Of a stretch of DNA of 64,000 nt, positions 28,914-37,625 are shown piece after piece. Below the pieces are notes generated by a model. It did not search any database. It was not told where the DNA came from and was given only the letters and a program-made list of their open reading frames with translations. The stretch is from Bacteroidia bacterium (GTDB lineage: Bacteria > Bacteroidota > Bacteroidia > M30B66), in the NCBI GenBank assembly GCA_019695235.1, contig JAIBAI010000004.1:23111-87110 (forward strand), read 5' to 3'. The position numbers and the translations under genes were made by a program. How positions within the stretch are numbered: position 1 is the first letter of the stretch; each line of letters begins with the position of its first letter.

Positions 28914-31429
28914 AAACGGTAAGAAATAACCAAATTATAAATTGCCCCCAGGCTGTACACTCTTTTTTGAGGGAACTTGTCAATATTATCAGTGTCGTAA
29001 CGCAACTGTTCAAAAGCAGAAATCACAAACTTCTGGTTGTTCAGGGCGTTATTAATATTTAGGCTAATGTTCAAATTATTGCCTTTTATTCTGAAAGATT
29101 TCCCTAATGAAAGGTCTAAAGTTACAGCAGGGTCAAACTCTTGTTGTTCAAGTAATTCAGTCCATTGTGGATCAGAAGTAACGAATTTGTCTAAAGCTTC
29201 TGCACTTCTTCGGTCAGGATTGGGTTCAGCAAAAATATCTCTGAAATAATTCAGGTTGGCGCCAGCCCACCAGCCTTTCCGGCCATTGAAACGCAAACCT
29301 AAACTAACAGCAGTTTGAGGCATCCCTCCTATTCTGTAATTTTCAAAATAAATCAACCTGTTTTCAGCCAGCAATTCAGCTGAGTTATCACGCACAATCG
29401 TAGCAAGTGGCCTTGAATTGTAAATATACATGCCCTTTGATGCTACCAATTGCAGTGTAAAAGGGCCATAGACATTGTATTCGCCCGCAAACTCAAGGCC
29501 CTGATGCAACTGCCCTACACCACTCATGGTGTAATTTACAAGATTCCGGTAATCATCATGGTAGAAATTCCGGTACCAAACCTGGTTACTAAATTCAGTA
29601 TGGAACCATGTAAGGCGCAGTTTAAGTCGAGGATAACGAATTTGGTAGTTGAAATCATACGAGGCTACGGTTTCACTACGCAGGCCTGGCACAAGGTCGG
29701 GGCGGGTTCGTGGCGACAAGAAAGCTTCTCTCGACAAGGGGGCACGGCTGTAATAAGCCGCATTGGCATATACATAATGCCTTCCGTTGATTTTCCATGT
29801 CAGCCCGCCTTTAACCCCGCCGTTTGTGAAGTTCTGTTTGGCAGAATTACCAGATGAACTGTTCGGAAAACGCCCATTCACCATGTTGCCTTCACGCCAA
29901 AAAGCGGTATGCGACAGATGAGCGGCAACATAGCCTTCCCATTTTGCCTTACTATACTCGAGCTGAGAAAAACCCATGTATTGTTGTTGGTGAATATTAT
30001 AGTCAAAGCCAAAAACATCACCTTTCTTAATAACATTATTCGGATTATTTAAATCGTTCTGTGCCACATTGGGGTCAGCAAAATCACGCTCTGCAAACTG
30101 ATCAACATCTAACCAGAAATCACCGCCTAACAGGTCATTCATGCGTTTGTAATTTCTGCTTTTGTAAAACAATCCATTTATCCCGCCGGATAGTTTCATG
30201 CTTTCACCAAATGCGCGGGTACCAAGCAGCGTAAAGCCTCCCTGCCTGCGGTCAATCACCGACTCTTCGAGCACATATTTTGAACGATTACCGGTTAAAA
30301 TCTGTCCTGCCTGGCCATCAGGATTTGTTACCTGATATAAATTCTTTGAATTGGCAAAATAGAGTTGCTCCCAATTAATTTGTCGGATATTCTCATTGGT
30401 TTCCCATGCGTTTGTCATTGCCTGCGCCCTTGCAGGGTCTTCTTCAGCATAATAGCTGGGCAGATAACGGTAGTAATCCGGGCGTGGGTCTGCTGCTTCG
30501 TACCAATTCAAATTTGTATAACTGTTTCGTCCGAAAGCGTAAAAAAGTGAGCCTGTAATTTTTGTATTTTCATCCGGCTGGTAGATATGGCTTAAAATAA
30601 TGGTAGGCATGTGGTTATTGCTTACCCTGGCATTGCGTTTTTCACCGTTTTGGTATCCCCAGTTAGGGTTATAAAAGTTTGAACCTGCCAGGTCATAAGC
30701 TTCCTGAGTGGCAAAACCTTGCCGCCCCTGCCGGATAGGTGCTCCAAAGGCAATCAGGTTTAGGCTGTGCCGCTTGTTAAATTTCTTTTCTGCCGCCCCA
30801 AAATAGCTCCAGGCATCAAAGAATGTCCCTTCCACAAAGCCTTCCTGCGACCAGCGTCTTGAACCGGAAAAAGTGAATGCCCATCCGTTCTTATTAAAAC
30901 CTGTTGAATGGGTAAACATGACCCTGTGCCTGAAAATCCGGTTACTGCTGGCATACGAAACCGAAGTTCCGGGCCGTAGTGAACCTGCCCTGGCCTCGAT
31001 GTGCGAATACCCTCCTACCCCCGAAAAGGTATAACGGCTGTCTTGCAAATAGGGGCGCATTTCCTGAAACCGGGTAACATCATTCAAACCGCCCCAGTTG
31101 GCAAATGTAGCCAGGCCTGATTCGGCATCATTGAGTTTCACCCCATTGATCATTACCGCAAAGTTCTCCGTGCTGTATCCACGTATCCGGAAACGGGCAG
31201 TGCCAAAATGAAAACCTGCGGTACTGGCGTATAAATCACGCGATGATTGTAATAAGCCGGATACATCTTGCCCGCCTTTATCAGAATCGGCATCATCCCC
31301 GCTTACACTAAACAAAGGTATCCGGTTTACATTTGCCGAATCAGGCTTAACTATGGTGTCACTTTGAGCCATGATCTGACCGGAGAACATGACTACCAAT
31401 GCGCTTAAGGAGAGTATGAATTGCTTCAC
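28910..31429 (-). CDS. TonB-dependent receptor-like outer-membrane beta-barrel protein
   Basis: About 840 aa. Preferred GTG start at 31429 gives the signal peptide MKQFILSLSALVVMFSGQIMA-QS (the tool ORF extends to 31495). Plug-like region (RFRIRGYSTENFAVMINGVKLND), a long beta-rich body and a C-terminal ...YNLVISYRF with terminal Phe. Confidence 0.65.
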   Translation of the reverse strand: MKQFILSLSALVVMFSGQIMAQSDTIVKPDSANVNRIPLFSVSGDDADSDKGGQDVSGLLQSSRDLYASTAGFHFGTARFRIRGYSTENFAVMINGVKLNDAESGLATFANWGGLNDVTRFQEMRPYLQDSRYTFSGVGGYSHIEARAGSLRPGTSVSYASSNRIFRHRVMFTHSTGFNKNGWAFTFSGSRRWSQEGFVEGTFFDAWSYFGAAEKKFNKRHSLNLIAFGAPIRQGRQGFATQEAYDLAGSNFYNPNWGYQNGEKRNARVSNNHMPTIILSHIYQPDENTKITGSLFYAFGRNSYTNLNWYEAADPRPDYYRYLPSYYAEEDPARAQAMTNAWETNENIRQINWEQLYFANSKNLYQVTNPDGQAGQILTGNRSKYVLEESVIDRRQGGFTLLGTRAFGESMKLSGGINGLFYKSRNYKRMNDLLGGDFWLDVDQFAERDFADPNVAQNDLNNPNNVIKKGDVFGFDYNIHQQQYMGFSQLEYSKAKWEGYVAAHLSHTAFWREGNMVNGRFPNSSSGNSAKQNFTNGGVKGGLTWKINGRHYVYANAAYYSRAPLSREAFLSPRTRPDLVPGLRSETVASYDFNYQIRYPRLKLRLTWFHTEFSNQVWYRNFYHDDYRNLVNYTMSGVGQLHQGLEFAGEYNVYGPFTLQLVASKGMYIYNSRPLATIVRDNSAELLAENRLIYFENYRIGGMPQTAVSLGLRFNGRKGWWAGANLNYFRDIFAEPNPDRRSAEALDKFVTSDPQWTELLEQQEFDPAVTLDLSLGKSFRIKGNNLNISLNINNALNNQKFVISAFEQLRYDTDNIDKFPQKRVYSLGAIYNLVISYRF

Positions 31430-31624
31430 GGAAATTTTTAGGGCTACAAATATAGACTGTTCATTCAGCCGGGATACAAGTTTACAATTTTTCATGCATG
31501 TTTTAACCTAAAGATGAAATTAAAGCCTTACTATTTATATTCGCTTTACAAATCATTCGTTCATGACAAATGGAATATCTTTAATTTGCATGCTTAATTC
31601 GCTTGTTTCAAACTTACTCAAAAC

Positions 31625-32680
31625 ATGAACCACCGGGCCTCCATTATAGCGTCATTGAGTTTTATTTTTATTTTCAACCCTTTCGGGGGTTTTTCTCAGG
31701 AAAAACCAAAGAAATTTGAGGTGGCTTGCATTGGCTTTTACAATGTTGAAAACTTATACGACACCGAGAATGATACTTTGGTGAACGACGAAGAATTTTT
31801 GCCGGAAGGGGGTAATCGCTGGACGGACAAGCTATACCGCGAAAAACTACAACACATGAGTCAGGTAATCAGCCAGATAGGCACCGACGCAAGTCCTGAT
31901 GGTGCAATTGTATTAGGCATGGCAGAAATTGAAAACCGGAAAGTTGTTGAAGATCTTATTGCCCAACCCTTACTGAAAGGCCGGAATTATGGTATTGTTC
32001 ACTACGATGGCCCTGACCGTCGGGGGGTTGACGTGGGTCTTATCTACCGGAAAGATTTCTTTACAGTAGAATCGTCAAGAAGCATACGTTTAGTGAATCC
32101 TTCCGACACTTCCTTCAGAACACGCGACCAATTGTTGGTAAGCGGGAGTTTACGTGGCGAACGGGTGCATTTCATGGTAGCACACTGGCCTTCGCGCAGG
32201 GGAGGAGAAAAAGCCAGCTCACCTTTGCGGATGCTTGCCGCCCAAACTGGTCGTAAAGTCATTGATTCAATCTTAGCCGTAGAGCCCAATGCCCGTATTA
32301 TTTATATGGGCGATTTAAACGATGACCCCATCAATAAAAGCCTTACCGAGGGTTTGCGTGCCAAGGGAAACAGAAACAAGCTACAAGCAGGTGACATGTT
32401 TAATACCATGTATGCATTTTACAAAGATGGTATTGGCACTCTCGCCTATAGGGATGCGTGGAATCTCTTTGATCAACTGGTTATTACACAACCTTTTTTA
32501 AATGGTAACGACGGAGGGTTTCAGTTTAATCGTTCGCGAATCTTTAACAAGCCCTTCATCAGAAAACAAGATGGCAACTTCGATGGCTACCCCTGGCGTA
32601 CCTTTGTTGGTGGCAAATACGATGGTGGCTTTAGCGACCACTTCCCGGTTTACTTGGTCTTGATGCGAGAAATCAAGTAA
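31625..32680 (+). CDS. secreted endonuclease/exonuclease/phosphatase (EEP, DNase I-like) family protein
   Basis: Signal peptide, then YNVENLYDTEND, GDLNDDP and SDHFPVYLVL, which are conserved EEP catalytic blocks. Resembles the C-terminal nuclease domain of ExeM/NucH-type extracellular nucleases. Confidence 0.8.
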   Translation: MNHRASIIASLSFIFIFNPFGGFSQEKPKKFEVACIGFYNVENLYDTENDTLVNDEEFLPEGGNRWTDKLYREKLQHMSQVISQIGTDASPDGAIVLGMAEIENRKVVEDLIAQPLLKGRNYGIVHYDGPDRRGVDVGLIYRKDFFTVESSRSIRLVNPSDTSFRTRDQLLVSGSLRGERVHFMVAHWPSRRGGEKASSPLRMLAAQTGRKVIDSILAVEPNARIIYMGDLNDDPINKSLTEGLRAKGNRNKLQAGDMFNTMYAFYKDGIGTLAYRDAWNLFDQLVITQPFLNGNDGGFQFNRSRIFNKPFIRKQDGNFDGYPWRTFVGGKYDGGFSDHFPVYLVLMREIK

Positions 32681-32684
32681 TAAT

Positions 32685-34373
32685 TTACCTGGCAACTGCA
32701 ACCCGAAACACTGCTCTCTCCTGCCCTGTCACTACTTCAAGCAAGTAAATCCCGGCATTCAGCTCTGCAACATCTACTTGTATAGAATGGGTACTACCTG
32801 TGCCTGAAAGTTGCCGGATGGTTTGCCCGCCTAAATCTGATAAGCGCACCTGCACCTGCTGACTATTTGAATTATCTGTGCGTTTTAGTTGAATACTACT
32901 TGCTGCCGGATTAGGGAACACCTGCCACAACGTCTGTGGCAGCGCCATCGGAGAGATGCCTACCGTTCTTCCGGTATAGCGTTTGAATAGCCACGAAAAT
33001 GCCTGGTAATATTGATTGGCGATGTCGGCATCATGAATTATCAGGGTATTTTCATCGTTCTTTGTTTCGGCCGATGTGCTCCAGTTATGCGAGCCCGTCA
33101 ATACCTGAGGGTCTGAACCCGGAGCAGTGGCATCAGCAATTACAAATTTATGATGCATAATACCTGCAAAGCCATTGTTACTGGTCATTCTGCCAAATCT
33201 CAATGCCCCCTTTAATTGATTCCATTCTGCCACCTGATCAACCTGGGTAGAGTCATCAATGACCCCATAGGTTTCAGTAAGCCCGTTGCTGACACGGTTT
33301 GTAATGGCATTGGCAATATCGAAACGGGTTATTACCATAGAAGCAAACTCCAAATCGTAGCCTGCTGAGTTAATCACTCCTATAATCTGGGCATTTGCTC
33401 CATCAGAAGGACTGAAATAGGAGCGCACCCGACGTCCACCAATATTGAATTCATGCGGGGTGTTATTGGTCTTATCAGGTCCGAATTTTGCGTTGGCTTC
33501 GTTAGGCTGAGGCCCGGTACTTCCAAACATTTCTTCAAACTCAAGCTTGTATGCCCTTGCCAGTGCCTGGTCTTGCAGGATAATCACATTGTTCTCATCC
33601 GGCCCATTTAATTGATCTACCGTCCAGTTGGTCGAACCCGTCCATACCAATGCGTCATTCGGATTTTCAGCATCAGCATCAATAACCACAAATTTATTAT
33701 GCATGAGTCCATAAGTAAAGTTGCGTACCTTACTTTTTATTTTTCCAATCTGCGATGATACATTGGGAATCATCGTGTTGCTCGAAGACTCATCATACAC
33801 CATCCTCACCTGCACCCCACGTGTTCTGGCACTGTTTAATGCGGCAGCAATATTTGACAAACTATTAGCGGTTGAACTGTTGTAAATCGCGATATCAATG
33901 GTTTGTTTTGCACGATTAAGATAGGCAATCAGGGTATCATCAACCAACTTGTTTAAATAATTGGCAGGGGTTTGGGTGGCTACTGCATGCTCAACCTCAT
34001 GGTTAAAATAGACCTTTATTTCACCTGTTGACAGGGCGCGGGTTGTGTATAAAAACGGACCTGATTTTAAAGTATCGTTCTGGTTTGCGGCGAAAAAAGT
34101 AACCTGATAAAAACGTGCTGGTTCACCTTCCCGGAAGATCCAGCGAAAGTTTTCCTGTTGTTCGCCAAGCTGCATCGTGCCTGTCTGGTTGGTATGGGTA
34201 GCCGACCATTCGACCCATGCATTTGCCTTCTGGTTAAGTTGCCAGTTCAAGGTGAATCCATTGGATTGAATAGTATTTACAGTTGCTTCATTATGTAATG
34301 CCAATTTCTGTGCTCCAACAAAAAAGGGCGCTTGAAAAATCAGGCTTAGGGTCAAAAAAACAATATGCTTCAT
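32685..34373 (-). CDS. phospholipase D-superfamily protein (two HKD motifs) with T9SS type-A C-terminal sorting domain
   Basis: Two HxK(x)4D motifs (LMHNKFVVIDA...GSTNWT and IMHHKFVIADA...GSHNWS). Signal peptide. C-terminal QVFPNPAASSIQL...GIYLLEVVTGQERAVFRVAVAR matches a T9SS CTD. Confidence 0.8.
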   Translation of the reverse strand: MKHIVFLTLSLIFQAPFFVGAQKLALHNEATVNTIQSNGFTLNWQLNQKANAWVEWSATHTNQTGTMQLGEQQENFRWIFREGEPARFYQVTFFAANQNDTLKSGPFLYTTRALSTGEIKVYFNHEVEHAVATQTPANYLNKLVDDTLIAYLNRAKQTIDIAIYNSSTANSLSNIAAALNSARTRGVQVRMVYDESSSNTMIPNVSSQIGKIKSKVRNFTYGLMHNKFVVIDADAENPNDALVWTGSTNWTVDQLNGPDENNVIILQDQALARAYKLEFEEMFGSTGPQPNEANAKFGPDKTNNTPHEFNIGGRRVRSYFSPSDGANAQIIGVINSAGYDLEFASMVITRFDIANAITNRVSNGLTETYGVIDDSTQVDQVAEWNQLKGALRFGRMTSNNGFAGIMHHKFVIADATAPGSDPQVLTGSHNWSTSAETKNDENTLIIHDADIANQYYQAFSWLFKRYTGRTVGISPMALPQTLWQVFPNPAASSIQLKRTDNSNSQQVQVRLSDLGGQTIRQLSGTGSTHSIQVDVAELNAGIYLLEVVTGQERAVFRVAVAR

Positions 34374-34673
34374 TTGGCCAAAGATAATTGGCTTTGCAAC
34401 ATATTACAACCAATGATTTTTTTGTGGGTTTCGTTTGTGAAAGCTAAAGGATGTGAGAGGATTCTCATTCCGGATATTGTGAGCATTCACGAACCTGAAA
34501 AATTGAAAGTCCCGACAACGACCATTGGCGCTGGTTCAGGGCAGATATTAACAGCAAAGTTCAGAACTAAACGTTTATACACGGATGGTCATTTTGAGCC
34601 AAAAAAGGCATTGCGTACCTTTATGACGGGGCAGCGGGTGCTGTCCCCGGGCAGGTATTTATTTGAAAATGCG

Positions 34674-34708
34674 CTCTATATAAGTTGCACTCTATAAGTT
34701 GCACTCTG
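34674..34708 (+). repeat. short tandem direct repeat (CTCTATA(TA)AGTTGCA x2 plus a partial third copy) in a 400-bp divergent intergenic region
   Basis: ctctatataagttgca / ctctataagttgca / ctctg, read directly from the sequence. Confidence 0.5.
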
Positions 34709-34751
34709 TTTGTTCTATCTGTAATAGATTTCCTTTCTCTTTAAATCGGGC

Positions 34752-34759
34752 TATATTTG
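34752..34759 (+). promoter_or_regulatory. candidate Bacteroidetes -7 promoter element (TATATTTG) for the deoxyhypusine-synthase-like gene
   Basis: Matches TAnnTTTG; lies 19 bp upstream of the ATG at 34779. Confidence 0.35.
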
Positions 34760-34778
34760 CCGGCTCAAAATACCAATC

Positions 34779-35753
34779 ATGACCAAAGGCCCTGTATCAC
34801 AATTTATTGAAAAACATTACCTGCATTTCAACGCTGCTGCATTAGTTGATGCGGCCAAAGGCTACGAAGCACACCTCAACGAAGGTGGTAAAATGATGAT
34901 TACCCTTGCCGGAGCAATGAGTACTGCTGAACTGGGGAAATCACTTGCAGAAATGATTCGGGCAGGCAAGGTTGATATTATTTCGTGCACCGGCGCTAAC
35001 CTTGAAGAAGATATCATGAATCTGGTGGCTCATAGCCATTACAAAAGGGTACCGAATTACCGTGATTTAAGTCCGGAGGACGAATGGAAACTTTTGGAAA
35101 AAGGTTTTAACCGGGTAACAGATACCTGTATTCCTGAAGAGGAAGCGTTTCGCCGGATACAAAAGCACATTGTAAAACAATGGAAAGGAGCACATGATGC
35201 AGGTGAGCGCTTTTTTCCTCATGAATACATGTACAAAATGCTGTTGTCAGGAGAGATGCAACAGTATTATGAAATTGACCCCAAAGATTCGTGGATGATT
35301 GCTGCCGCTGAACGCAATTTGCCTATCATCGTTCCTGGCTGGGAAGATTCGACTATGGGCAACATCTTTGCTTCTTATGTAATTAAAGGCGAACTGCCGG
35401 CATCAGTGATGAAGTCGGGTATTGAATATATGGTTTGGCTGTCAGACTGGTACCGTAACAATTCTGCGGGCAAAGGAGTCGGCTTTTTTCAGATTGGTGG
35501 TGGTATCGCCGGAGATTTCCCTATTTGTGTGGTACCAATGATGTACCAGGATTTAGGCTGGAAAGATGTACCTTTTTGGTCGTACTTCTGCCAGATATCT
35601 GATTCTACTACCTCTTACGGCTCCTATTCTGGTGCTGTGCCTAACGAAAAAATCACCTGGGGAAAACTAGACATCAACACTCCTAAGTTTATTGTCGAAT
35701 CAGACGCTACCATTGTAGCCCCTCTGATTTTTGCCTGGCTACTCGGTTGGTAG
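34779..35753 (+). CDS. deoxyhypusine synthase-like protein (DHS/homospermidine synthase family)
   Basis: 324 aa. LAGAMSTAELGKSLAEMIRAGKVDIISCTGANLEED and the downstream GGG..GDFPIC-like blocks are typical of the deoxyhypusine synthase fold. Confidence 0.75.
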   Translation: MTKGPVSQFIEKHYLHFNAAALVDAAKGYEAHLNEGGKMMITLAGAMSTAELGKSLAEMIRAGKVDIISCTGANLEEDIMNLVAHSHYKRVPNYRDLSPEDEWKLLEKGFNRVTDTCIPEEEAFRRIQKHIVKQWKGAHDAGERFFPHEYMYKMLLSGEMQQYYEIDPKDSWMIAAAERNLPIIVPGWEDSTMGNIFASYVIKGELPASVMKSGIEYMVWLSDWYRNNSAGKGVGFFQIGGGIAGDFPICVVPMMYQDLGWKDVPFWSYFCQISDSTTSYGSYSGAVPNEKITWGKLDINTPKFIVESDATIVAPLIFAWLLGW

Positions 35754-35812
35754 CTTGTAGGCAAAACGCCTGCCACAGCCACTGACAGCAATGAGCCGGG
35801 GTGCAGTGCAGG

Positions 35813-36862
35813 TTATTTGTTCTCTAAAGCCGCGATTGTCATTTCTCCCCTCAGCGAAAAAGAAAACAATCTTTTTATCTCCGCAGTATCTGAATAATTA
35901 CCCAACAAAAACATGAGTTTGGTAATAGCTGCTTCAGTGGTGACATCCTGTCCGCTTATTACCCCAATTTTCTCCAATTGGTTGCTTGTTTTATATTTTC
36001 CCTGATAAACAGTACCAGAGGTACACTGGGTGACATTTGCAATGATTAATCCTTTCTGAATTGCAGAATGCAAAGCTTCAATAAACCAGGTTTCGGTAGG
36101 TGCATTCCCAGAGCCGAAAGTCTCCATAACAACCGCCTTTAGCCCTTCAACCTGAAGAATACCATTTACATACCCAGGAGTCATTCCGGGGAATATCTTA
36201 AGTATGGCAATATCCTGATTCAATTTCTTATGAAAAATCGTTTCCTTCCCGCTCTGCCTGTGTAATACATTTTCGTTAAGATTAATTTGCACTCCTGCCT
36301 CCGCCAATGGAGGATAGTTGGCGCTGGTGAAGGCATTGAAGTGCGATGAGCTGAACTTGGTGGTACGATTACCTTTCAGCAAATGGTATTCAAAATAAAT
36401 GCACACCTCATTCAGCTTGGGTGCACCGTTTTCTTTCATAGCAGCTATTTCAAGTGCTGTAATAAAATTCTCACGTGCATCTGTACGTAAAACGCCGATA
36501 GGTAATTGAGAACCTGTAAAGATTACTGGTTTCGATAGATTCTCAAGCATGAAACTCAATGCAGAGGCTGAGTACGCCATGGTATCTGAACCATGTAGCA
36601 CCACAAAACCATCGTATTGCGGATAATTCTCCTCAATCACTTCTACCAATTGTACCCAATGTGCCGGGTGGATATTGGACGAATCAATGGTATGTGTGAA
36701 GGTGTGGATATGTATCTCAATATCAAGACGGTTGATTTCAGGAATATTTGCCAGAAGCCTTTCAACATTCACGGGCACCAGCGAACCACTTTCTACGTCT
36801 TTCACCATACCAATGGTACCACCAGTATATATTACCAATATTGAGGAGGGTTTACGCATCAT
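35813..36862 (-). CDS. ansA: L-asparaginase, type I
   Basis: ILVIYTGGTIGM (TGGTIAG-type active-site Thr motif). 349 aa. Confidence 0.85.
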   Translation of the reverse strand: MMRKPSSILVIYTGGTIGMVKDVESGSLVPVNVERLLANIPEINRLDIEIHIHTFTHTIDSSNIHPAHWVQLVEVIEENYPQYDGFVVLHGSDTMAYSASALSFMLENLSKPVIFTGSQLPIGVLRTDARENFITALEIAAMKENGAPKLNEVCIYFEYHLLKGNRTTKFSSSHFNAFTSANYPPLAEAGVQINLNENVLHRQSGKETIFHKKLNQDIAILKIFPGMTPGYVNGILQVEGLKAVVMETFGSGNAPTETWFIEALHSAIQKGLIIANVTQCTSGTVYQGKYKTSNQLEKIGVISGQDVTTEAAITKLMFLLGNYSDTAEIKRLFSFSLRGEMTIAALENK

Positions 36863-37625
36863 GATGAAATAATTTTAATGCGTTTGTACTGGTAATTTCG
36901 GCAATTTGTGTAACCGGAATTTCATAAATCAAAGATAGTTTTGCAGCAATCTCTTGCAAAAAAGCTGGTTCGTTGCGCTTACCCCGATACGGTACAGGCG
37001 CTAGGTAAGGTGCATCGGTTTCTAATACAATATTTTCAATAGGTACTTGCTTCAACAGCTCAGGCAAGGTACTTGTTTTAAAAGTAACAACTCCGCCAAT
37101 CCCCAGTAGAAAGCCCTGTTTAACAATTTCATTTGCTTGTTCTGCCGTTCCGGAAAAACAATGAAAAACACCTTTTAGTCCTTTATTATTAAACTCTTTC
37201 ACAATCTGAATACATTCAGCTGTGGCATCCCTACTGTGTATTGATACCGGAAGATTTTTCTCAACTGCCCAGGCGCATTGCGTACGGAATGCCTCCTGTT
37301 GAATTTCAATAGTTGATTTATCCCAGTATAAATCTAATCCTATCTCGCCTACTCCATAATAAGTTCCGGAACAAAGCAATTCGTATGCCTGTTCAAGCTC
37401 CTGCTCCCAAGTCTGAGGCTTTACCGAACATGGATGCACCCCCATCATCGGGAAACATCGTTCAGGATATTGCGCAACCAATTCAAGCATTGCAGTCACA
37501 CTTTCCTGGTCAATATTTGGCAAATACATACGTGTTACCCCTGCCTGCTCGGCACGCTGCATCATCAGGTTCAAATCTTCACTGAATTCGCTTAGATAGA
37601 TATGGGTGTGGGTATCTATCAGCAT
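36852..37625 (-). CDS. TatD-family metal-dependent hydrolase (DNase)
   Basis: MLIDTHTHIY N-terminal His motif. 257 aa. Overlaps the asparaginase start by 11 nt. Confidence 0.85.
   Translation of the reverse strand: MLIDTHTHIYLSEFSEDLNLMMQRAEQAGVTRMYLPNIDQESVTAMLELVAQYPERCFPMMGVHPCSVKPQTWEQELEQAYELLCSGTYYGVGEIGLDLYWDKSTIEIQQEAFRTQCAWAVEKNLPVSIHSRDATAECIQIVKEFNNKGLKGVFHCFSGTAEQANEIVKQGFLLGIGGVVTFKTSTLPELLKQVPIENIVLETDAPYLAPVPYRGKRNEPAFLQEIAAKLSLIYEIPVTQIAEITSTNALKLFHHDA

Noticed and set aside
31430-31495. Longer N-terminal extension of the TonB-dependent receptor (MKNCKLVSRLNEQSIFVALKIS...)
   Set aside because: The extension is hydrophilic and unlike a signal peptide. The GTG at 31429 gives a canonical signal peptide ending in A-Q.
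34365-34697. 110-aa plus-strand ORF in the intergenic region before the deoxyhypusine-synthase-like gene
   Set aside because: It overlaps the start of the minus-strand PLD gene, has no motif, and has atypical composition. It is more likely non-coding promoter DNA.
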